A DNA stretch of 61,682 nt, the filler included, from Dimargaris cristalligena (taxonomy: Eukaryota): assembly GCA_003614675.1 (NCBI GenBank). It is 7 parts of 7 records of this genome, joined end to end, with 100 filler letters (N's around TTAATTAATTAA, not from the genome) between each part and the next. Parts side by side here need not be neighbours in the genome. Positions count along the whole stretch, not along the records: positions 35,448 to 44,134 come from ML003312.1; positions 44,235 to 52,910 come from ML003313.1; 5 more parts are not named here. The stretch is one strand, 5' to 3'. Shown here in pieces: positions 35,503 to 47,013 of this stretch; positions within the stretch are counted from its first letter, which is position 1, and each line of letters opens with the position of its first letter. The translations under genes were made by a program, and so were the position numbers. Below the pieces are notes generated by a model. It saw only the letters and a list, made by a program, of their open reading frames with translations. It made no database searches and was not told where the DNA came from.

Positions 35503-37405
35503 CAACGGCATGGTGGTCAAGGCCATCGTATCCTGAGACCGGGCCCGGTTCATTTCCAAGGTGGTCCTGGAATTCGGTTTTATAATGTGGCCCCTATCCA
35601 TCGTCAACAACTCGCTCAAATTGATCATCAACGCCCTGTCCCTGCGGTTCCGTACCCACTTTACTCGCCGCACCCATAGCGAATACCTTAATGGCATTAC
35701 CTTTTATAAAATGACCAACCTAGATACCCGTATCCAGAACGTCGACCAACTCATCACCCAGGACATTAGCAAGTTTTCGGAAAGTCTCAGCCATTTATAC
35801 TCAGATACCGTGAAACTCTTGGTGGATATTTTCCTGTTCGCCTATAAGCTAGGTCAGGCCATTGGGGGGACCGCCCCCTTGGCCATGGTTGGCTACTTCT
35901 TCTGTTCGGCCGTCATTCTGCGCAACATCTCACCTCCGATCGGCAAATACACGGCCGTGGAACAGAACCTGGGGGGGCAGTTCCGTTACACTCACTTGCG
36001 CATCATTACCCATGCCGAAGAAATCGCCTTCTACGGCGGCGGTGAACGCGAACGGGAGTTAGTTAACAGCAGTTTCCACCATATTGTGCAGCACATCAAG
36101 AAGGTCTATAAGCTACGCTTCCTCAACGGTGTGTTCGACTCGGTACTAGTTAAATACGGCGCCACCATGATCGCCTACTACATTCTCGCCCGCCTCGCTT
36201 TCGATCCGAAATGCGCCGGCCAGGTTGCCAGCGGAGCCGTTGATCCGACCCAGATTATGGAGGACTACTCGCGTAACTCTCGTTTCCTGACCAACCTGTC
36301 CCAGGCCATGGGTCGTCTCATTCTGGCCGGTCGGGACATTACCCGATTCGCCGGTTACACGGCCCGCGTGTCGGAATTGTTCACGGTGTTGAACGACGTC
36401 AGCGCTGGCAAGTACGAGCGGTCGATGGTGGAGGGTGGCGCCGATTTGGCCAACCTTCTTGTTGCACACAAGGCGGCCAATCCCGACCAAGACTCTGACG
36501 AAACTGCGGCTGACCGCAAGCACCGGGAAGTGGAAGCCATGGTCACTAGTGGTACGGTGGATACGCGCGCTCTGGGCGGCCATGTGGTACATCAGGACGG
36601 CGTGATTGATTTTGTTCATGTGCCCGTAGTTACTCCCAATGGTGATATTCTAGTCCGTGACCTGACCTTCCGTATCGATTCAGGTATGAACTATCTAATC
36701 ACCGGCCCCGACGGCTGTGGAAAGAGCTCGCTGTTCTGTATTCTTGGTGACCTATGGCCCCAGTTTGCCGGGTCGGTGGTAAAACCCCGCCCGCAGGAGC
36801 TCTTCTACGTGCCCCAGAAGCCCTACTTGCCCCTGGGAACCTTCCGGGACCAGGTCATCTACCCCCATAGCCATGCGGATGCTACCGCCCGGGGTTTCGC
36901 CGACGATGACCTCGTTAATCTACTCCAGGTCGTCCATCTGGAATACTTGGTGGGTCGTGAAGGCGGCTGGAACTCCATCCGCGACTGGGGCGACGTACTC
37001 TCCGGCGGTGGGAAACAGCGAGTGGCCATGACCCGTCTCTTTTACCACCAGCCCCAGTTCGCCATTCTCGACGAATGCACGTCCGCCATCAGCGTCGATG
37101 TCGAAGGCATCATGTACAACCATGCTAAACGTGTGGGCATCACCCTGTTTACCGTTTCGCACCGGACCAGTCTGTTCAAATACCACGACTTTTTGCTCCG
37201 CTTTGACGACGAAGGCGGTTATTCGTTCGATCCTTTGTCGGTTGATGACGACGAAACACCGTTCAGTTTCAGCCACGGCAAGTCTGGGTACGCCGCTACT
37301 CATTCTACTACGGAGGAAGTCACTACTTCGTCATCGGTGGGTGAACCCGACTCGGTATCCACTATGAGTTCGGTGAAGGACGACGGCACTAGCTCCGATA
37401 AATAG
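35501..37405 (+). pseudogene. Peroxisomal ABCD (PMP70/PXA-like) half-transporter, 5'-truncated and apparently decayed
   Basis: NVDQLITQD, HAEEIAFYGG, FAGYTARV, VVTPNGD, YVPQKPYL, AILDECTSA. In-frame TGA at 35534-35536 within FNGMVVKAIVS*D; altered Walker A region (GPDGCGKSSLFCILG) and signature (LSGGGKQRVAMTR). Confidence 0.75.
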
Positions 37406-38877
37406 ATTTAATCATACTTCCAATTATCAATTCTATGCCATCTTGCATTTTGGCTTACTTGTTTTTTAATTTTATTTTTGCGCCGCTTTCATTCCCTCGG
37501 AATTCCAAGGCTTGGCCAGATGAATGCCATATAATCCCATGTCTGTCTCAGAATCGCAGGCCTTAATTCGTACCAGTGGTGGTGAATCCTGTGATCAGTG
37601 TGATGTATTTGCGTTTGCCAACGGAACAGCGCTATTCTTTAGACACCTCGCCCCACACTTTTATGTATAAATGTTTATATACACGCTCTATAACTTAATT
37701 TTAATTACCTTACATCTTATTTAATTACCGTTGCTTTATTTTTGTTTGAAAGTGCCTCCAGATTTAAACACTGTATTTTGATATTCAAACCCATGGATAG
37801 AGAGATTTTGGGAGAGAGGGGGGACCGGGTATTACGAGCAAATGGCCGGATCATGGCTTTACATATACCTACCAGTCTGCCCAATATATGAGAAAAGGCG
37901 GGGCTTGTGTAGTGTCATCCAACGGCACAAGACTAAACACTGGCTGTGGGCGCTGGCTATTTCCAGTAGCTGGTGGGAGGGAAGCTGTATACCATAATTA
38001 CTTCACTCCCAAGTGAATTCAAAATATGCGCCACCTTGAATGAGGGTTAATTGGAGACCCGTCTTTCCTAGAGAGGCGTTTAATTGATATAATGGTTAAC
38101 TGTAAACAAGGCATGTCCGATTCAACCCCAAAAACAACCAGCGACAATTTGGCGTGGAACAAGTCCAATTTGTATAACCCTGCCTTTTCTGGCCCCATTG
38201 TAAAGATATAATAGTTAGTCAAAAACCTCGCTTCGTTCAATAACAATGTTATATAGCCAGTGGAATGGGCGTGTTTATTAAGGAAGAACATGTAGTGTGG
38301 AAGTAGTAGAAGCGTTGTGATTGTTTGTAAACTAAGGAATCAATGAGTGTGGCCGGTACACTTTTTCATGGTCAATTGGTATTCTCAGATAAGAGCGAGT
38401 AAGGGGACGCATATATTGTCCTCGACGCGAATGGATGTCTATAACCCATTCTGGTCTGCCGTTGGTACCTATAGGGTTATAGTCTCAGGAATATTGGTGG
38501 GATCCGAGGAGACTGGGCTATTGCGATGACCAGGATCGACCCCTACCCTAGCTGTATATGTAACTTCAAGATAATGGTTTATTCGAGGTGCGCAAAGAAG
38601 ATAGATACGAATAAGTGAGCAAGTAGAGAAATCGGAAATGTGGTGGTGCGAGTTGTAGTGCATCATAGCGATTTTGTTTTATTACTCGTCCACCGAGGAC
38701 GTCCTTTATAAAGAGTTGGTATGGTTACTAAAACCGAGATACTCCGGAATAATGGGAGGTAGTAATAATTCACATAACTGAATAATAATATAAGAGACGC
38801 AGAGAGACATGCCTATAAAATATTGTGTGTTCGACAAGGGGCGTAAAACGTCACATTCAGCACCTATGTGGGCTACA

Positions 38878-39264
38878 TTACTTGTCGTCCGTGGTTTGCT
38901 TGTCGCACCCGTACTGTGTGATTACGGGAATAGCCGTGCTGACCCATGATCGACAATTCCAAGTACTCTTCATGGCATCACTGACCGATTTCGCTTGTGT
39001 ATCGACATACAGTTCGGAAAGTCGTTGAACTATTTTATGATAATCATCATCATTAAATCGTCCCAACTCTCTTTCGGAACCCTGTACATAGGTCGCCGAC
39101 TCGTCATAGAGTGCATCCTTTTTATCCACGGTATATTGAAACCCAGTGGCTTTACTCCCCTTCGCATGGAATAAGAGGTAGGTGCCGTCAGATCTCTGAC
39201 AAAAGATACCTTCATGGTTGACCGTGTATCCCAGGTATTCGGCACGGGTGAAGATATTAGACAT
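38878..39264 (-). CDS. 128-aa protein with an H...H...NC motif order (permuted papain-like / DUF6540-like); probable 5'-UTR intron 39267-39467
   Basis: NHEGIF, LLFHAKG and WNCRSWV; GTAAGT donor at 39467 and TAG acceptor ending at 39267, two nt before the ATG. Confidence 0.6.
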   Translation of the reverse strand: MSNIFTRAEYLGYTVNHEGIFCQRSDGTYLLFHAKGSKATGFQYTVDKKDALYDESATYVQGSERELGRFNDDDYHKIVQRLSELYVDTQAKSVSDAMKSTWNCRSWVSTAIPVITQYGCDKQTTDDK

Positions 39265-40128
39265 CGCTATTGGGTTGTGTGTCGGGCGTACACGCTTAGA
39301 TAACAGGGGTCTAGGGCCGGTAGGAGTAAAAAGACAGCCAGTTTAGAGGAACACATAATTAGTGCAGGTACCCTATGTACTAATGCAGCGCACCACCATA
39401 AAGCAACGAGCTAGGTGGGAAATAGATACCAGAAATGAGAGGTTGGGCGTTTAGGATATCGACTTACCTGTAACAGTTTTTCACTGATAGGCGTGTGCTG
39501 GCGGAATACAACAAGTCACAATGGTTGGTACACACTGCCGACAAGACAACCTGGCTAGAATAGGAAGCTTGGCCGTAGCTCAGGCCAAGGAGAGAAGAGT
39601 GAAGACCCGGTGGCGGTAATAGAAAGGGCAAGTGAGAACAATATAAGAAGGAAATTTGAAGAGTGAAGGTAAGCAATGGCAAAGGTAACCTCGAAACCAG
39701 CGAACTTAGGAGAATAAATAGAGAGGAGAAATGGGCCATACCGAGTGGTGGTGGAAAAAACAGCAGACGTGGTATTCTGCGGTTGGCTGGATTGGATGGT
39801 GGCCCAAGTGGAAGAACCCGCGGAAGGCGATATATCACAGAGACAATGCCCCTGTCAAATGACCGTGTGAGTATTATGCAACTGCAGGAATGTGCACCCA
39901 GGTAGCAGCAAAAAACGGGTTACTAGCACAACGGCCAAGCCCAAATACATCCGGTCCTGACGCAATAGAGTGTGATTCCAAATCCCCTACTCCTTTACCT
40001 CCCTGGTACCTATTAAGAAGAGAGCACTCCGCCAATAAAACCGCCAAACCTATCCCCCGCCCATATCCGCCTCCACCGGGCAAATGGCAACCAGTAGCCG
40101 CCCTAGCCAAAATGTAAACCGTCAATTA

Positions 40129-40149
40129 ATATATATATATATATATATA
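40129..40149. repeat. (AT)n microsatellite
   Basis: 21 nt of alternating AT. Confidence 0.9.
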
Positions 40150-40529
40150 GAATGGATATAACTCTCTAAGGTTTGATTTAATAATTATTATATACTTATT
40201 TTTGGAAATTTCCACGTCGAATCGTATCCCGCCCAACTTGGCTTTTGATTATCGACACACCTTCCCTACTCAGAAATCTGGTAACATCACAGGCCCCACC
40301 CGGCCTCTTAATTGGTAGATTGAGGATAGATAAGCCATGTGATATACTAATGTCAAAAAATATCCTTACATTCATGACCAGGTGTGATTAAATCCCTTTC
40401 AGCCTTCACTTTCACAATTGCGATACGAGAATCTGGTGTTTTATTTCGACTGATTGATCCAAATCTAAGTTTACTACGAATATATTCCAAATAACTTATC
40501 CGATGATTTCGGTGCAACATCCTTAGTGC

Positions 40530-43159
40530 TATTCTTAAAAACCCACGGCAGCTCTAGTGGGTAAGACTGTAACGATGCGGCGGTTAATCCATCACGAGTC
40601 CCCCAGGATACTTTTTGTGTAATTGCTGCCAAAACTCCCCAAATTTTATAGGACGATTGCTCATGAATGGGGTTTATTTGCCATCATTGGCCGGCTCTTG
40701 CTGGTCCTCCTCATCGCTAGAGCTGGACCCTGAGCTATCAAACTTGGATGTGGCTAGGTACAGGGTCGCTTCAGGCGGACTGTCCATAGACAGGGGAGAC
40801 ATTCCGGCCGAGTGGTCTTCAGTAATAGGGATGTAATAGGCCACCTCACGCAACATCAATTCTGTGAAATGGTCAGTAGGAGTGGGTGGGGCATTACGCG
40901 AACCTCGAACCGCTCCTGATTTATAGGGATTGATACCGGGGGGATAGTTGAACCAATGGGTATGGGAGTCCGTAGAAGCCGGAGTAGCAAACAGTGAGCT
41001 TGGAGCACTTCCGGGTAGCATGGTGATGAAGTCCTCCCGCAAATAATCCTGCAGCATGCATACGGCTCCCTCAGGCAGTTTCTTCGGTTGGGCTACCATC
41101 CCCGATGGACATAGGTTCTCGGGTAGTAAGACATGGCATTCACCCAAAAAACTTGGGAGCCCATTGGATAATAATTCGGCGGGAATATCTCTTACAGCGT
41201 GGAAAGAGTGGGTATTGCCATCTAGGGAGACTTCTGGCCCATCAGCCAGTTTGGAGATCACGACATTGGCAGCTCTATCAATTCTATGGACCAGTCCCAG
41301 GCGAATATGTCTAGGGGCATTATTGAAGACATAATAAAAGAAATCTATCAGCGAAAGAAATTAGACAAAGATATAAAAAATATGAGTTGGTTAAAATAGA
41401 TGTATCAGTAAGACTTTTGAACAGTATATTACACTGCACATTGGATAGACCCTGTACTGCTTTCATATCCGAGACTGGCAAACTCCAGGACCTAACTATA
41501 TCCTAGCAATGCTTATAGGCTTAATATACAGACATAAATTGAGTACAACCTACCAGTTGGCCTTAGATTCTCCATCTTGTTGACAACTGTTGGAACAAGT
41601 AAGGGATTTGAGACAATCGATACGTAAATTGATCACTGGTGAATTTGTGCAGAAAATGGCATCCAGTGGTTGTGATTGGCAAGACAGGCGGATGCTTAGA
41701 GAAGGCTGGGGTGGTTAGTGACGAAAAGGTACGAGTTTGATAATGGCCGGGCTCTTGGCCTAGATGCCTTGCTTTATATACCTCTGCAAACCCTAACCAC
41801 TTTATAGTGGCGATATAACAGTTGAGTATTTCATTAAAAAGCACGGTAGTAATGAATCAAATGGGTCTTCTAATTCCGAATCAACCTTAGATTGATTATT
41901 TAATAGTGGAACAGATTCATTAGTGTTATTCATGGAACAGGCTATTCGAACAATAATGGGAAATGCCCCATAACCGCAGCGACATTGAGTGGTGGTGAAG
42001 CCATTCCAATTGCTGAACAGCAAATAATTGGAATACGGTAATGTATCTATCATTTAGTCGCCATTGTATCACCCTGTATAAATGTAAAATCAGTACTGGC
42101 TTTTCTATTCATCTAAGAGTGAAGTAAGGTATTCAAATATAAAGACTCTGCACCAAGTAATTTTTTAATCAATAATTGGGGGGTTTCGAATTCCGGATCG
42201 GCCTTGCACAAAATACTTCCATGGCTTGAATAAATAGATACATGTTATTCTCGGCCACTAGCTGTCTAGGTAAAACACGTATAAATATGTTTGTCGGTGG
42301 GGTGTTTTTTTTTTGAACATATTTGCTGAGGATAAAGGGGGTCGGATTTACTGTTAAAAGAGTGACAAATGCCGTGAATCGCGGTAATAAAGAGGTGTCA
42401 TAGCTCAAACCGTCCGTATTCCAGACCTGGAAGCTATCCCAGCAATGGTCTTGTATACTTAGGTTGACAACTGTTGTAGAATTAGCTCACTGAAATCCGA
42501 TATATGTATAGAACATGCCCAAATAGTCCAATGAGTTCGGCCTTTTTACCCCCTATACAGCTTGGTAATCCCTGAAGAACACCCTAACATAAGTGTATGA
42601 AGATGGATGTCAACAGAAGCAAATACTATACTTGGCTGTTTAGTAAGCCATTCTCACCACAATTATTGAGTAGGGGCTAACATGGTTCAATGGTAATTGG
42701 GTGAGTCTACCCTCCGGATAATGACCAGATAATAGTACAACAGTAGACAGCCTTGCCTCGGACCTTTGCTGGCAGGTTGGACAAAAATATATCTGGAAGA
42801 TGCCGTGACTCCATAACCTATACACTTCATGATTGTTGTTTTTTTTCGGTTCCATTGTCTTTTTCTTAACGGTTGGGGTGGAATCCATATCACCTTCAAA
42901 AAAAGAACTATCAAAATCATACTTTGGCAGTACAGCTTTGCTTCGGAATCACACTGAGAATCCCAGTGGGCTATTCCACACAAGTGCTTAATGTACTACC
43001 TGGGACGTCCGGTCTATTGCTAGTGGCCTTCGGAATTCTTGAGGAGGCAGCAGCCTCCTTATCAGCACAGCCTAAAGTCGCGGCAGTCAGCTCCCTGGTG
43101 GCAGAAGACGGGAGGTTCACAGAGTTTGATGAGACTGGGGCAGAGCTGGATGTCGTCAT
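40530..43159 (-). pseudogene. Unidentified decayed coding region beginning MTTSSSAPVSSNS; its best remnant is the open frame at about 40674-41345
   Basis: ATG at 43159 lies in a repeat shared with 50.2-50.9 kb; protein-like reading continues through stops after 40674 (TPFMSNRPIKFGEFWQQLHKKYPGDS*WINRR). No family recognised and boundaries are approximate. Confidence 0.35.
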
Positions 43160-43704
43160 GGCGGGATAGTGGAGGGGCGAATGATCAGTGAGACAAAATG
43201 GAAGACAGGGGATATAAACGAGGGGTGCAAAGTTTATTGAAAGATAATAAAAAATGGTGATGTTAATAAATAATAAATCAATAGAAAAAAAAGTTGCCGT
43301 AGAGTTCAAGGAAAATAAAAAATGAGTTCAAATAAAACGAGCAGTGGTTATTCCCCCCAAAATGAGTGGGAATTTGCTGGTTACTTATGTAACCATTTTG
43401 TGGGCCTTAGAGGCCGCTGGATGCAAAGAAAAGGATGTAGATAATAATCAGCGAATGGAATAAGATGGAAGAGGAAAGAATGCACAGAGAAATCGGTCGG
43501 ATTTTTTAATGCAAATCACAAGTGTAAAAGATAAATAATATTTTTTGGTATTCTTAATATATGCCATAGTATAGGCGGTGATTTTTAATAGAAAATGGCA
43601 GGAACAATACTGCTGTTGTGTGTTGCAGTATATTCCACCCTCTGAAAATGAGGACTGGCCATCCACAGTCCGGGGTTAAGTGCCGACCTCCAGATGGCAC
43701 TACA
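42983..43704. repeat. Dispersed ~720-bp diverged repeat, copy A (copy B at 50195-50918, same orientation, different contig)
   Basis: Shared blocks GAGGAGGCAGC..CCTCCTTATC, CTAAAGTCGCGG, CAGCTCCCTGG, GTCATGGCGG, TTATGTAACC, GAGGCCGCT, TTTTAATGCAAA, ATAGGCGG, AGTCCGGGG, GTGCCGACC. Confidence 0.85.
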
Positions 43705-44134
43705 TTTAACACTATCATACTAAAGCCATAATTCTATTGTAAAGTGGCATATTTAATACTGTAGAAATGGTATCTTACCTAAAAAGCAGTTAATGTCTGA
43801 GAACTAATTAAATATATGTATGTTTTAGATACAAGTCCTGGTCATTAAAGTATGAGAAAGTTGGAAAGGGGTGTAATGGCTTGCTGTACTTAATACACCA
43901 ATGTAATTGGTTAGAGACCTTGTTGGCCCTCCTAATCCAACCTAATCCAAAACTAACAATCACCTGCCTTTATTAGGCCTTATAGTGCTATATGGGTGAA
44001 GTTCAATGTAACTATATAATGATTTAGATGAAAGTTCCAAATGATATAGCGGTACTATTTTTTTATTGAAACGAAAGATAGGCACATCGATGGGACTTTT
44101 TTTTAAAATGAGGGAAAAATGATCACTGACCCTG

Positions 44135-44234
44135 NNNNNNNNNNNNNNNNNNNNNNNNNNNNNNNNNNNNNNNNNNNNTTAATTAATTAANNNNNNNNNN
44201 NNNNNNNNNNNNNNNNNNNNNNNNNNNNNNNNNN
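44135..44234. other. Artificial contig-joining spacer
   Basis: N44-TTAATTAATTAA(44179-44190)-N44. Confidence 0.97.
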
Positions 44235-44421
44235 AGTGGGAGGAGGAGGATGTAACAAGGGCGTAAACATGGGTAAGTACGAAGCAGCGGGTATTGAATT
44301 AGATCATAGATATGGAGGGGGAATATGGTGAGCGCAGCCGAATGCAATATACACATAGAGCATATCGGGATCAGGTTCATTCGGGGATCAGGATCCTAAC
44401 CTAGTGATAATTTCTACTCAC

Positions 44422-46508
44422 CTAAGCCAAAGATAACACGTCAAACACTTGTGGTAAATTTCCAGTAGTTGCAGTGGCCCTGGCCCCAGGGGCACTTCCT
44501 CCGGTAACGACAACAGGTCGCTCACGTAGCATTCCTGGTTATAAGCGTGGAACCGGATCATGCGTTTACAAATTTCACTACCCGTGGGTTCCCGGGTGAC
44601 AATGGGGGCGAAGGACATCATGAATTTATCGGCCACGGACATGGGCAAGTGGTCGAGGAAATCGAAGTCCTCGGGATTGAGCCCAATGTCGCCCAGGGTA
44701 TAGTCAGGACCGAGGTCGGCGACGATTTCCAAGAGGTTCAACATTTGGGTGAAGGGCAATTGGGGCACCTGGTGGGCGAATTTCTCGAGTTGGTGGACCC
44801 GGGGGGCGACAACGGCTTTGCCGATGAGGGGGGGCAGAGTGGGGATACTGTCCCTCAAAAAGGGCATGTCCCGTTCGAGGACGGTGGTGGCGAACCCGGG
44901 GTTGAACTCCGTGCCGAACCGACCGGCCCGACCGGCGATTTGGCGGGTGCTGGACAAACTGAGGTTCGTGATGTGGATGCCGTTGAATTTGTGCACGGCG
45001 GTGAAAATCACCCGGCCGATGCTGAGGTTGATGCCCATGCCGATGGCGTCACTGGCGACGAGGACGGTGTTGGGGGACTCGGGATCATTAAACAGGCGGG
45101 CCTGCTGGGCGCGGGTCTCCGGGGGTAAACTGCCGTAAATGACCGAACACTTGTGCTCCGTGTTTGCTTCGATGTATTCCTTGAGTTGGTAGATGCCTTT
45201 ACGGCTAAAGGCGATGAGACAGTCCCCGCGCCGCAGACGAGTTAGGTCCCCTTGGAGTGAGTCGGTGGCCAATTCCATACGGCTAAGTCGCTGGTATTCG
45301 ATGACTTCCACTTCGTCGCCTACCTCTTCCATCATCCGCTTGACCAGAGGGACGGCGGAAGGTTCGCCGCAGAGATGGACCTCACGGGCCCGCAGACCGA
45401 GTAGAGCATCGGTCCAGGCGTGTCCGCGGAAAGTATCGCCAATCATTTGGATTTCATCCAGAACCGCGACATCATACTGGGCATTAAAATCGGCCATTTC
45501 GATAGTGGCCGAGAGCAACGGCACGTCCTTTTCGGCCAACCGCCGGTCCTCACCAGTAATTAAGTTACAGCCGATTCCCTGGTGATTCATGCGCTCGTAA
45601 ATTTCAAAAGCCAGTAACCGGAGGGGGCCGCAGTAAATACCCCGCCGGGCCGATTCGAGGCGTTTGAGGGCGTGGTGGGTTTTGCCTGAGTTGGTGGGAC
45701 CGACGTGCATAATAATCTTGCGGGAGATACGGCGGGCCTGCGGGTACCACTCTAGGGGGTGGTTGAGGGATGCCATGCGCTTGAGCAGCGGCAATTCGCC
45801 CAATAGAGTGGCGGGAATCGCCGGTTCCACCGTCAGAAGATGGTCCATAAAGGCCCGGACAAACCGGTGTTCCAGGCTGGCGAATTTCTGGTCGGAAATG
45901 ATAGGGACCAGGTTTTCCCAATGTAAATCGGGGATTTGGCCTGCCTTGAACCGCTTCTTAAACTCCTCGAGTTGGGTGGTAATTACCGTTTTGGAGATAC
46001 ATAAAGGCTTGATACTCCGGGTGAATTTCTCGGTACCCATGGAGTCGAGGGCTACCTGACAGGCCTTGCGTACATTGTTGGGGGTAGGTACGAAAACGTC
46101 CAGGTTGCGACCCACGGTGCGCTTCATGTAATCAGGGATTTTCAGGCGGTCTACAGCGCTCGAAAATGGAGGCGGTGGTCCGGATTCACGCCGCCGGTTG
46201 TTAAATTGCCTGGGCTTATCGCCCGAAAAAGATCGATCGCCGCTGTATCGCGCACCTCGCACCTCGGCCTTCCCCCGTTGCCACTCCTCTATTTTTCTAA
46301 GATGTTTTTTCGCGTAAGCCTTCTTGGAGTCCCCACTCCTTAATCGAATAGAGGTTGTTTGGAACCAGTAGCGGGGAGTCCAGTCAGGTTGAGCCGGATT
46401 GGAAACGAAGGGATTGCGACCGGACAATGGGGAGGTGGGCTGACAAGGGGCCGAAAGTCCCCCCAGCCGCACAGAACGGCGGGCGTTGATTAGAAGCAGC
46501 TGCCGCAT
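44422..46508 (-). CDS. SUV3: Mitochondrial RNA helicase Suv3, exon 1; the last exon lies beyond the contig edge
   Basis: EWYPQAR, HVGPTNSGKT, YCGPLRLLA, DEIQM, IYGSLPPETR, VASDAIGMGINL, QIAGRAGRFG. The apparent stop is part of an AG|GTGAGT donor after YLWL. Confidence 0.95.
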
Positions 46509-47013
46509 GGTTAGGAAGTGGTAAAAGGGTATATTGTCGTCAGACTGGGCTGATCACCGGGTCTGAATGAGCGTTTGGAACGAAAGTTTAAGGAGGGGGT
46601 CTAGGTAGAAGGGGGGCAACATAAATAGGGCGAGTGGTGGCTTCGATTAGGTTCTCAGCTTTCGGGTCGGTTTATACACAGCTGGGAACTAACTACAAGT
46701 ATAATAAATGTAACTAACAAAGAATGCAAATGGAAGTTTGGCCCAGGAAATAACTACTCGAAACCGCGATCTTAAGAAGTGGACGCTCACCTAGTTGGTT
46801 GGTTCATGACTACAATGAGCTAAATTTACTGGTCTGCAGTAACTGCGGAAGAACTCTATCATCGCCTTTGGAATTGTATCTTTTTTTTTTGGCAGGCGAA
46901 TCGAATGTACTGGGCCACTGAGTCCCAATCACGCCAAATAACTTGACTAATGGAATACCGACCCATCGATTCAGTTTCCATTTTGTGTCATTTAAGGCTC
47001 GCTGTGACGTCGC

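Noticed and set aside
35448-38872. Pack-type DNA transposon with 55-bp TIRs capturing an ABC transporter
   Set aside because: One arm is flush with the contig edge, no target-site duplication is testable, and the length equals the other contig-end duplication, so an artefact is more likely.
44418-44421. Premature stop truncating SUV3
   Set aside because: The TGA is inside a GTGAGT splice donor; the intron runs to the contig edge.
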